Program-made: the position numbers and the translations under genes | Part shown: positions 1 to 7,836 of the stretch, in pieces | How the letters are laid out: every line of letters starts with the position of its first letter | Position numbering within the stretch: the first letter of the stretch is position 1 | Source: an uncultured Candidatus Rokubacteria bacterium | Lineage (GTDB): Bacteria; Methylomirabilota; Methylomirabilia; Rokubacteriales; CSP1-6 | Direction: 5' to 3' | Length of the DNA: 15,004 nucleotides | Assembly: GCA_963747235.1 (NCBI GenBank) | Contig: CAVVEU010000007.1 | Span: forward strand, 1 to 15,004 | The notes under the pieces: model-generated | What the model was told of the DNA's origin: nothing | What the model saw: the letters and a program-made list of their open reading frames with translations, nothing else | The model's database searches: none

Positions 1-823
1 GGGACAGCTCGACGGCAAGGTGGCGGTCGTGACGGGATCGGGACGCGGCATCGGCCAGCAGGTGGCGCTGCGGCTCGCGCGCGACGGCGCGGCGGTGGTG
101 GTCAACGATCTCGACGACGCGCCGGCCAAGGAGACCATCGCGCTGATCGAGCGCAGGGGCGGCCGCGCGGTGGCCTGCAACGGCGACGTGACCGCCAAGG
201 ACTTCGGCGAGCGCATCGTGGACACCGCGGTGCGGCAGCTCGGCGGCCTTCACGTCGTCGTGAACAACGCCGGCTACACGTGGGACAACGTCATCCAGAA
301 GATGACCGATGAGCAGTGGTACGCGATCATGGACGTCCACGTGACCGCGCCCTTCCGCATCCTCCGCGCCTTCGCGCCCTACCTCCGCTCCCAGTTCGAG
401 GCGGAGGCAGCCCGGGGTGAAAGAATCGTTCGAAAGGTCGTGCAGGTCTCCTCGACCTCCGGCGTGCGCGGCAACGCGGGCCAGGTCAACTACTCCTCCG
501 CGAAGGCGGCGGTGACCGGCATGACCCGCACGCTCGCCAAGGAATGGGGCCGCTACGCGGTCACCGTGAACTGCGTGGCCTTCGGCTACGTGCAGACGCG
601 CCTGACGAAGCCCCTCGCCGAGGGCGAGTCCGGGACGATCGAGGTGGCCGGCCGCCAGGTGAAGGTCGGCGTGCAGGGCACGCGCATCGCGGCGATGAAC
701 CAGATGATCCCGCTCGGCCGCGGCGGACTGCCCGAGGAGGCCGCGGGCGCGATCTACCTCTTCTGCAGCCCGGACAGCGACTTCGTCAGCGGCCAGACGC
801 TCGTCGTCACCGGCGGCGCGTAA
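1..823 (+). CDS. Short-chain dehydrogenase/reductase (FabG-like 3-oxoacyl reductase family), 5' end truncated by the window edge
   Basis: The frame is open from base 2 (GQLDGKVAVVTGSGRGIG), so the true start is probably an ATG ending at base 1. It has the TGxxxGIG Rossmann motif, NNAG, catalytic S...YxxxK (YSSAK) and a typical C-terminal SGQTLVVTGG. Confidence 0.93.
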   Translation, partial: GQLDGKVAVVTGSGRGIGQQVALRLARDGAAVVVNDLDDAPAKETIALIERRGGRAVACNGDVTAKDFGERIVDTAVRQLGGLHVVVNNAGYTWDNVIQKMTDEQWYAIMDVHVTAPFRILRAFAPYLRSQFEAEAARGERIVRKVVQVSSTSGVRGNAGQVNYSSAKAAVTGMTRTLAKEWGRYAVTVNCVAFGYVQTRLTKPLAEGESGTIEVAGRQVKVGVQGTRIAAMNQMIPLGRGGLPEEAAGAIYLFCSPDSDFVSGQTLVVTGGA

Positions 824-836
824 CCCGCCTTCCGCC

Positions 837-2033
837 GTGTCCGGACCGCTCAGCGGCGTGCGCGTGGTGGACTGCACGACCGTCGTGCTGGGGCCCTGGG
901 CGGCCCAGCAGCTCGGCGATCTCGGTGCCGAGGTGATCAAGGTCGAGCCCCCCGAAGGGGACACCACGCGGCAGCTGGGCCCGATGCGCAACCCGGGCAT
1001 GGGCGCGTTCTACCTGGCGGTCAACCGCAACAAGCGCTCGATCGTGCTCGATCTCAAGCAGGAGGCCGCGCGCGGTGTGCTGCTGCGGCTCGCGCGGGGC
1101 GCCAACGTGCTGCTCCACAACTACCGGCCGCAGGCGGCACGGCGCCTCGGGATGTCGTACGAAACCTTCAAAGCGGTCAATCCCGGAATCGTCTACGTGG
1201 GGACCTACGGCTTCCGGGCCGCCGGGCCTTACGGAGACAAGCCGGCCTACGACGACATCATCCAAGCCGCCTCCGGCCTGGGCTCCCTGCAAGCCTCGAT
1301 CGTCGGCGAGCCCCGTTACGTGCCGACGATCGTCGCGGACAAGTCGAGCTCGATGACGGTGCTGGCCGCGGTGCTCGCGGCCCTCTACCACCAGGCACGC
1401 ACCGGAGAGGGCCAGGAGGTCGAGGTCCCGATGTTCGAGAGCATGGCGGCCTGGGTGATGGTGGAGCACCTCTACGGCGAGACGTTCGTGCCGCCGCTCG
1501 ACACGATCGGGTACAAGCGGATCCTCAACCCGAACCGCCGCCCGTTCCAGACGAAGGACGGCTACCTGGCGATCCTGCCGTACACGGATCAGAACTGGCG
1601 GGACTTCTTCACCTTCACCGGCCGCCAGGACCTGCTCGACGATCCGCGCTTCAAGACGCTCGGGACCCGCCTGCGCCACATCGAGATCCTGTACGACGAG
1701 CTGCGGAAGATCGCGCTCACCCGCACCAACGCGGAGTGGCTGGCCGCGCTCGACCGTCTCAATATCCCGGCGATGACGGTCAACACGCTCGAGTCGCTGC
1801 TACACGATCCCCACCTCGAGGCGGTCGGGTTCTGGCAGACGGTGGAGCACCCGAGCGAGGGCACGCTGCGCCTCCCGGGCATTCCCGCCACCTACGGCAA
1901 GACGCCGGGCGCCATCCGTCGGCTACCGCCGCGCCTGGGCGAGCACAGCGAGGAGATCCTGCGCGAGGTCGGACTCGGGGCGGACGAGGTCGCCACGCTC
2001 CTCGCCTCGGGGGTTACGCGCGCCGCGCGCTGA
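837..2033 (+). CDS. CaiB/BaiF family (class III) CoA-transferase
   Basis: N-terminal GPLSGVRVVD...GP...LGDLGAEVIKVEPPEGD, NRNKRSIVLDLK, catalytic Asp region KPAYDDIIQAASG, C-terminal PPRLGEHSEEIL. GTG start 13 nt after the SDR stop. Confidence 0.95.
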   Translation: MSGPLSGVRVVDCTTVVLGPWAAQQLGDLGAEVIKVEPPEGDTTRQLGPMRNPGMGAFYLAVNRNKRSIVLDLKQEAARGVLLRLARGANVLLHNYRPQAARRLGMSYETFKAVNPGIVYVGTYGFRAAGPYGDKPAYDDIIQAASGLGSLQASIVGEPRYVPTIVADKSSSMTVLAAVLAALYHQARTGEGQEVEVPMFESMAAWVMVEHLYGETFVPPLDTIGYKRILNPNRRPFQTKDGYLAILPYTDQNWRDFFTFTGRQDLLDDPRFKTLGTRLRHIEILYDELRKIALTRTNAEWLAALDRLNIPAMTVNTLESLLHDPHLEAVGFWQTVEHPSEGTLRLPGIPATYGKTPGAIRRLPPRLGEHSEEILREVGLGADEVATLLASGVTRAAR

Positions 2034-2696
2034 CTACCGCTTGCGTCCCGGCGGTCCGGCGTCACGCTCGTCGGAGCCCGGTATCCCATCGAAGAAGTCC
2101 ACGACTCCGGTCTCGAGCGAGTACTCGGCTCCGACGACGAGGAGCCCGTCGTCCTTGATCAGCTGCTCGAGGACGCTCGATCCGTGCCGCAGGTGGTCGG
2201 CCGAGACCTGGATGTTGACCCGAACCGCTCGACGCACCAGAGCGTCCGGGTCCCGGCCGAGCTCCGTCGCCAGCAGCGGCTCCACCGACGGCCGGATCCG
2301 GTCGACGATGGCCCGCAGGTTCCGCGACTGGTCTCCCGAGGGGCGCCGAAGCTCCTCCAGGGTGGCGAGGATGGCGCCACACGCGGAGTGGCCCAGGACC
2401 ACGACGAGCCGGGTGCCGAACCGCCCGGCGGCGAACTCGACGCTGCCGATCTGGGACGGAGCGACGATGTTTCCGGCCACCCGGATGACGAACAGATCGC
2501 CGAGGCCCTGATCGAAGACGATCTCGGCCGGCACCCGCGAATCGGAGCATCCCAGAATGATCGCGAACGGCTCCTGGCCAGCCGCCAGTTCGCGGCGGCG
2601 GGCCTGGCTCACGAAGGTATCGCGGGCGCTGGCGTCACCCACAAACCGACCGTTCCCCTCACGCAGGCGATCGAGTGCTCGTCGCGCGGCACGCAT
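2034..2696 (-). CDS. Beta-class carbonic anhydrase
   Basis: ALDRLREGNGRF N-terminus, GQEPFAIILGCSDSRVP (Zn Cys and Asp-Arg dyad), GLGDLFVIRVAGN, VLGHSACGA (HxxC Zn ligands). Confidence 0.96.
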   Translation of the reverse strand: MRAARRALDRLREGNGRFVGDASARDTFVSQARRRELAAGQEPFAIILGCSDSRVPAEIVFDQGLGDLFVIRVAGNIVAPSQIGSVEFAAGRFGTRLVVVLGHSACGAILATLEELRRPSGDQSRNLRAIVDRIRPSVEPLLATELGRDPDALVRRAVRVNIQVSADHLRHGSSVLEQLIKDDGLLVVGAEYSLETGVVDFFDGIPGSDERDAGPPGRKR

Positions 2697-2714
2697 CGCG
2701 AGACGGCCGCGCCG

Positions 2715-4331
2715 CTACACCGCCATCACGGTGCCGTCGTGGCCGGGATCGGCGCCGCCGTCGAGGCCGTCGCCGTGGATCCGGATGGCGTGCACCGCCG
2801 CGAAGCCGTAGGTGTTCGGGCTGCGCACCACGTCGTAGCCCATGGTCCCGAGCTCGCGCTCCACTCCACGGGGGATGCGGTTGGACACGTCGATCGCGTT
2901 GCTGGTGGCCGAGAAGCGCGGCGCGCTCACCGCCTCCACCATGGTCATGTCGAAGTCGAGCGCGTTGAGGAGCACCTGCAGCACCCCCATCGCGATCTGG
3001 GTGGCGCCGGGGGCCCCGATGACGAGATGCGGCCGATCGGCCTCCCACACGATGGAGGGCACCACCGAGCTGAAGCGCGCCTTGCCGGGGGCCAGGCTGC
3101 CCGCGCGGCCGGGCCGCGGGTCGAAGACGCCCATGCAGCCGTTGTACATGAAGCCGAGGCCGCCGGTGACCACGCCCGAGGGCATGCCGAGCGAGTGGGT
3201 CATGGTCACGCAGTTGCCCTCGGCGTCCACCACCGAGACGTGCGTGGTGTCCTTGGCCGGCGCGCCCCCGTTGAAGCGCGGCACGTCGGCCTTCTTCCCG
3301 GCCCGGATCTCCTCGGCCATCTCGGCCGCGTAGGGCTTGCCGGCGAGCCGGTCCACCGGGACCTCCACGAAGCGCGGATCGCCCACGTAGCGGTCCTTGT
3401 CGATCGTGGCGCGCTTCATGGCCTCAGCGACCAGCCGGACGTACTCCGCCGAGTTGTGGTCGAGCGAGGCGAGCGGGAAGTGCTCCAGGATGTTCAGCAT
3501 CTCGAGCAGCATCACCCCGCCGCCGGGGGGCCGGTTGCTCGAGACGCGGTAGCGCCGGTAGGTGCCCCAGAGCGGCGCGTTGCGCGTGGTGCGCCAGCCG
3601 CGCAGATCCTCCGCCGCGATCAGGCCGTCGTGCTTGCGCATGTCCTCCACGATGGCGTGGGCGATCTCGCCCTCGTAGAACACCTCGTCGCCGTGCTTGG
3701 CGATCAGCCGCAGCGTGTGGCCGAGGTCGCGATTGACCACGCGGTCGCCCACGCGCTTGGGTGTGCCGTCGGGCCGGCAGTAGAGCGCGCGCGAGGCCGG
3801 CGTGAAGGCGAGCCGCTCGTGGTTCGCGGCGCGCCCCATCTGGCCGTCCTCCGCCCAGAACGAGCCCACGTGCGGGCGGACCGTCCAGCCGCCCTCGGCC
3901 GACGCGATCGCGGGCTCCAGGATCTGCTCCCACGGCAGCCGCCCGTGCTCGCGGTGGGCGTCGCGGTAGGCCCGCAGGCTCGCCGGCGCGCAGATGGCCT
4001 GGTAGCCGATGTCGTTCACCTGTCCGCGCAGGATGAAGCCGTAGCCGTCGCGCGCCTCCGACTCGATCCGATCGGCCCACATGTCCGGGCGCGTCGCGAG
4101 CGGGGCGGGCGCGTGGAAGTCGATGTAGCCGTGGAAGCCGGCGGCGGGCATCGCGATGCCGCAGCTCCCGAAGCCCGCGATGCCGCACATGAGCGGATCC
4201 ACCACGCCCTGCACGAAGGCGCACGCCATCGCGGCGTCCACCGCGTTGCCGCCCGCCTTCAGGATCTCCGCCCCGGCTTCGGTGGCTTCGGGCTGGGCGG
4301 CCACGATCATCGCGCGCTTGCGGTATCGCAT
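2715..4331 (-). CDS. Gamma-glutamyltransferase-family Ntn hydrolase (cytoplasmic, atypical substrate pocket), 538 aa
   Basis: ILKAGGNAVDAA, autocleavage nucleophile D|TTHVSVVD (Thr362), APGKARFSS, GAPGATQI, GGADP. Start reassigned to ATG 4331, which has a GGAGG SD at 4338-4342 overlapping the upstream TAG. No signal peptide. Confidence 0.93.
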   Translation of the reverse strand: MRYRKRAMIVAAQPEATEAGAEILKAGGNAVDAAMACAFVQGVVDPLMCGIAGFGSCGIAMPAAGFHGYIDFHAPAPLATRPDMWADRIESEARDGYGFILRGQVNDIGYQAICAPASLRAYRDAHREHGRLPWEQILEPAIASAEGGWTVRPHVGSFWAEDGQMGRAANHERLAFTPASRALYCRPDGTPKRVGDRVVNRDLGHTLRLIAKHGDEVFYEGEIAHAIVEDMRKHDGLIAAEDLRGWRTTRNAPLWGTYRRYRVSSNRPPGGGVMLLEMLNILEHFPLASLDHNSAEYVRLVAEAMKRATIDKDRYVGDPRFVEVPVDRLAGKPYAAEMAEEIRAGKKADVPRFNGGAPAKDTTHVSVVDAEGNCVTMTHSLGMPSGVVTGGLGFMYNGCMGVFDPRPGRAGSLAPGKARFSSVVPSIVWEADRPHLVIGAPGATQIAMGVLQVLLNALDFDMTMVEAVSAPRFSATSNAIDVSNRIPRGVERELGTMGYDVVRSPNTYGFAAVHAIRIHGDGLDGGADPGHDGTVMAV

Positions 4332-4341
4332 GGACGGCCTC

Positions 4342-5145
4342 CTAGGACAGGACCGCGCGGGTGGCGGCGAGCGCCTCGCGGGCCACGTCCTCGGCCGGGC
4401 GCTTCCACGCGGCGGGGTTGGGCGCCTCATAGCTCGCGTAGCCGGCGTAGCCCTTGCGCACGAACGCGGCGAAGAACTCCTTGAACGGCACGCTCCCCTG
4501 CCCCGGCGGCAGGCGATCGAGCGCCTTGCCCGGCTCGAGGCCGGTGCGCGGCACGTCGCTGTACTGCACGTAGGCGATCTCCTCGGGGCGCACGTCGTCG
4601 ATGTCGCGCGGCGAAGCGCCGGTGCGGCCGAGATGGTAGGTGTCGAGCAGGAGCCCGGTCTGGGGATGGGCGGCCCGCGCCATCACCTCGCGCATCGGCC
4701 CCAGCGCGTTGAGCTGCTCGCACTGGGAGTTGAACTCGACGGCCAGGCGCACGCCGTGCTCTCGCGCGATGTCCCCGACTTCCCGGATGCTGCGCGCGGC
4801 TTCCCCGATATCGCCACGGCCGCGATCCACCGGGCTCATGATCGTGGCGCAGCCGAGCGCCTTCGCGCGTGAAGCCTGCTCGGCGAACACGCGCAGCAGC
4901 CGCGCGCGCTCGTCTCCCGTGGCCCACACCCAGCCGAGCTCCACGCCCACGCAGGCGACGGGCAGGCCGGAGGCGCGCACCAGCGCCAGCACCTGGTCGG
5001 CGGACTGGCCGGCCTGGGCGGCGCGCTCGAAGTCGAGACGGCGCAGCTCGACCGCGTCCCAGCCCGTCTTCTTGATGACCGCGAGCGCGTCCGCGAGCGG
5101 GGTGGTGTCGAGCGTCCACGTGTGCAGCGACAGGCGCATGGTCAT
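4342..5145 (-). CDS. Sugar phosphate isomerase/epimerase (IolE / xylose-isomerase-like TIM barrel), 267 aa
   Basis: GWDAVEL, metal-ligand motifs LAVEF, LLLDTYH, YVQYSD, RLPPGQGSVPF, GYAGYASYE. ATG 5145 overlaps the LLM stop (ATGA) and has GGGGAGA upstream. The ORF-track extension to 5703 is shadow frame. Confidence 0.88.
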   Translation of the reverse strand: MTMRLSLHTWTLDTTPLADALAVIKKTGWDAVELRRLDFERAAQAGQSADQVLALVRASGLPVACVGVELGWVWATGDERARLLRVFAEQASRAKALGCATIMSPVDRGRGDIGEAARSIREVGDIAREHGVRLAVEFNSQCEQLNALGPMREVMARAAHPQTGLLLDTYHLGRTGASPRDIDDVRPEEIAYVQYSDVPRTGLEPGKALDRLPPGQGSVPFKEFFAAFVRKGYAGYASYEAPNPAAWKRPAEDVAREALAATRAVLS

Positions 5146-6155
5146 GGGTTTCTCCCCTGCAACTCGAAGGCCTCGGCCAGTAATTCGTAGGAGCGCATCC
5201 GCGCCTTGAAGTCGTGCGTGATCGTGACGACGATCAGCTCGTCGGCCTGGTAGTCGGCGACCATCTGCGCGAGCCGCTCGTGCACCTGCTCGGGCGTGCC
5301 CACCACGCTGCGCCGGGCCGCGTGCTGGGCGATGGCCACCTCCTGCGCATTGTAGGGATAGGCCTCTGCCTCCTCCACCGACGGGTACGGCGCGGGCCGG
5401 CCGGTGTAGAGCCGCACGATGAAGAGATCGCGGCTCCGCGCCAGCCGCCGCGCCTCGACTTCCGTCTCCGCGCAGACCGCGAAGACCGCCACGCTGCTGC
5501 GCGGCGCGGCCAGGTCCGGCGAGGCGCAGAACCGCTCGCGGTAGGCGCGCGTGACCTCCGCGCCGCCCTGCTCGTTGATGAAGTGGGCGAAGCAGAAGGC
5601 GTGGCCGAGCTGCGCGGCCAGCAGCGCGCTCTCGTCGCTCGAGCCCAGCAGCCACACCTCGGGCACGCTCGGCCCGGCGGGCATCGCGTGCACGCCGCGC
5701 CACGGGTGGTCGGCCGCCAGGTCGTCGTGGAGGAACGCGACCAGGTCCTGGATCTGCCGCGGGTAGTGCTCGATCCCGAGGGCGCCGGGGCCGTGGCGCA
5801 GGATCCGGGCCGTCCGCTGGTCGCTCCCCGGCGCGCGGCCGATCCCCAGATCGATGCGGCCGGGATGGAGCGTCTCCAGCATCCGGAACTGCTCGGCCAC
5901 CTTGAGGGCGCTGTAGTGCGGTAGCATGACGCCGCCCGAGCCCACCCGGATGTCGCTCGTGACCGCGGCCACCTGGGCGATCAGCACCTCGGGGCTCGCG
6001 CCGGCCAGGCCCGGCGTGGAGTGGTGCTCGGCCAGCCAGTAGCGGTGGAAGCCCCAGCGATCGGCCGCGCGCGCCAGCTCGATCGTCTCGTGGACCGCGT
6101 CGGCGGGCGTGCCTCCGCTCCGCACCGGCGACTGGTCGAGGATGCCGACCCGCAT
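5142..6155 (-). CDS. LLM-class (luciferase-like) flavin-dependent oxidoreductase, YhbW/group-1 type, 337 aa
   Basis: MRVGILDQSP, RYWLAEHH, IRVGSGGVMLPHYSALKVAEQF, PGRIDLGIGRAPG, VWLLGSS, FAHFIN. Start ATG 6155, 5 nt after the synthetase stop. Confidence 0.94.
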   Translation of the reverse strand: MRVGILDQSPVRSGGTPADAVHETIELARAADRWGFHRYWLAEHHSTPGLAGASPEVLIAQVAAVTSDIRVGSGGVMLPHYSALKVAEQFRMLETLHPGRIDLGIGRAPGSDQRTARILRHGPGALGIEHYPRQIQDLVAFLHDDLAADHPWRGVHAMPAGPSVPEVWLLGSSDESALLAAQLGHAFCFAHFINEQGGAEVTRAYRERFCASPDLAAPRSSVAVFAVCAETEVEARRLARSRDLFIVRLYTGRPAPYPSVEEAEAYPYNAQEVAIAQHAARRSVVGTPEQVHERLAQMVADYQADELIVVTITHDFKARMRSYELLAEAFELQGRNP

Positions 6156-6160
6156 GGGGC

Positions 6161-7741
6161 CTAGTTGATCCGTTTGACCCGCCCCTTCCACTCCCGGTCG
6201 CGCAGCACGAACTTCTGGATCTTGCCGGTCGAGGTCTTGGGCAGCTCGCCGAACTCGACCGCGGCCGGCGCCTTGAAGCCCGCGATGTGCTGCTTGCAGA
6301 ACTCGATGATCTCGGGCTCGGTGGCGCTCTGGCCCGGCTTCAATGTCACGAAGGCCTTGGGCCGCTCGCCCCACTTCTCATCGGGGATCGCGACCACCGC
6401 GCACTCCATCACCGCCGGGTGACGGGCCACGCACTGCTCGACCTCGATGGTCGAGATGTTCTCGCCGCCCGAGATGATGATGTCCTTCTTGCGGTCGCGC
6501 AGCTCCACGTAGCCGTCGGGATGCCAGACTCCGATGTCGCCCGAGTGGAACCACCCGCCGCGGAAGGCCTCGGCGGTCGCGTCGGGCTGCTCGTAGTAGC
6601 CCTTGGCCACGTTGTTGCCGACCATGATCACCTCGCCCAGGGTGTCGCCGTCGCGCGGCACGTCGTTCATCTCGGCGTCCACCACGCGCACGAGGTCGAA
6701 GAGCGCATAGCCCTGGCCCTGGCGCGCGGCCAGCCGCGCCTGCTCCTCGGCCGGCAGCTTGTCCCACTCCGCGTTCCAGCCGCAGACGGTGTGGGGTCCA
6801 TAGGTCTCGGTGAGGCCGTAGACGTGCACCGGCTTGAAGCCGAGCTCCTTGAGCTTGCCGAGCAGGGTCGGCGAGGGCGGCGCGCCGGCCACCGTCACCG
6901 TCACCGGCCGCGCCAGCTTGTGGGCCTTCGGGTCGTTGACCACGCCGATCTGCACGGTGGGCGCGCCGTTGTAGTGCGTGATGCCCTCGGCGTCGATCAG
7001 CTCCCAGATGCGCGCGGGCTCGACTTTCCGGAGACAGACGTGGGTGCCCGCGACCGAGGTGACCGCCCAGGTGAAGCACCACCCGTTGCAGTGGAACATC
7101 GGCAGCGTCCAGAGGTACTTCGTATCGAAGGTCATGCCGGTCTCGACGACCTCGCCGACCGCGTTCACCCACACGCCGCGGTGCGAGTACATGACGCCCT
7201 TGGGCCGCCCGGTCGTGCCCGAGGTGTAGTTGATCGAGATCGTCTCTTCCTCGTCCTCGAGCCAGCTCTCGACGGGCTCGGGCGAGCCGCCGGCCAAGAA
7301 GTCCTCGTAGGGGTCCCCGGGCGCGCCGGTGTCGTCGATGCGCACGACGCGCATGCCCTTGAGCTCGAGCGGCTTGATCAGGTGCTCGAGCTCCGAGTCC
7401 ACGAACAGGAACGACGAGCCCGAGTGCTGGAGGATGTAGTCGATCTCGTCGGAGGACAGCCGCGTGTTGATCGCCACCAGCACGCCGCCCGCCGCGGGCA
7501 CGCCGTAGTGTGCTTCGAGCATCGGTGGGATGTTCGGGCAGAGGAAGGCCACGCGATCGTGCTTCCGCACCCCGGCGCCGCGCAGGGCGGAGGCCAGCCG
7601 GTTCACCCGCTCGCCGAGCTCCCGGTACGTGTAGCGCCGCTTCCCGTGCACCACCGCCGTCTTGTCCGGGAAGACGTAGGCGCTGCGGACCAGGAAGCTC
7701 ACGGGCGTGAGCTCGGTGCGATAGACCTTATGGTGCTTCAT
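6161..7741 (-). CDS. Acyl-CoA synthetase / AMP-dependent ligase
   Basis: LTPVSFLVRSA, AMP-binding YTSGTTGRPKG, YGLTETYGP, GWFHSGD, RKKDIIISGGENIS, LPKTSTGKIQK. GGAGG SD at 7752-7756. Confidence 0.96.
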   Translation of the reverse strand: MKHHKVYRTELTPVSFLVRSAYVFPDKTAVVHGKRRYTYRELGERVNRLASALRGAGVRKHDRVAFLCPNIPPMLEAHYGVPAAGGVLVAINTRLSSDEIDYILQHSGSSFLFVDSELEHLIKPLELKGMRVVRIDDTGAPGDPYEDFLAGGSPEPVESWLEDEEETISINYTSGTTGRPKGVMYSHRGVWVNAVGEVVETGMTFDTKYLWTLPMFHCNGWCFTWAVTSVAGTHVCLRKVEPARIWELIDAEGITHYNGAPTVQIGVVNDPKAHKLARPVTVTVAGAPPSPTLLGKLKELGFKPVHVYGLTETYGPHTVCGWNAEWDKLPAEEQARLAARQGQGYALFDLVRVVDAEMNDVPRDGDTLGEVIMVGNNVAKGYYEQPDATAEAFRGGWFHSGDIGVWHPDGYVELRDRKKDIIISGGENISTIEVEQCVARHPAVMECAVVAIPDEKWGERPKAFVTLKPGQSATEPEIIEFCKQHIAGFKAPAAVEFGELPKTSTGKIQKFVLRDREWKGRVKRIN

Positions 7742-7785
7742 CGCGTTGCGGCCTCCGGTGGCGTGGGGGGTGATCGCGCCCCCGC

Positions 7786-7791
7786 AGTGTA
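7786..7791 (-). promoter_or_regulatory. Candidate -10 element (TACACT) for the acyl-CoA synthetase operon
   Basis: TAnnnT hexamer in the 95-bp divergent intergenic region, about 30 nt upstream of the SD. No convincing -35. Confidence 0.35.
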
Positions 7792-7819
7792 CCCAAGCGC
7801 TCCCGGAATGGCGAGGGGC

Positions 7820-7828
7820 TGCTACAAT
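7820..7828 (+). promoter_or_regulatory. Extended -10 promoter element (TGcTACAAT), probably giving a leaderless carboxyltransferase mRNA
   Basis: Near-consensus TGn-TAnAAT ending 8 nt before ATG 7837, with no SD between them. Confidence 0.55.
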
Positions 7829-7836
7829 GCCCCGCC

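Noticed and set aside
2184-4484. 766-aa + strand ORF, and similar long antisense ORFs at 807-1679, 6287-7858 and 7822-9351
   Set aside because: They mirror well-supported genes on the opposite strand. High GC3 codon bias removes antisense stops, and they show no recognisable motifs.
4342-6374. Extended N-termini in the ORF track (starts at 4430, 5703, 6374; likewise 12622, 12822, 14969)
   Set aside because: Most extensions overlap neighbouring genes and are low-complexity. Downstream starts with SD motifs or stop/start coupling fit better.
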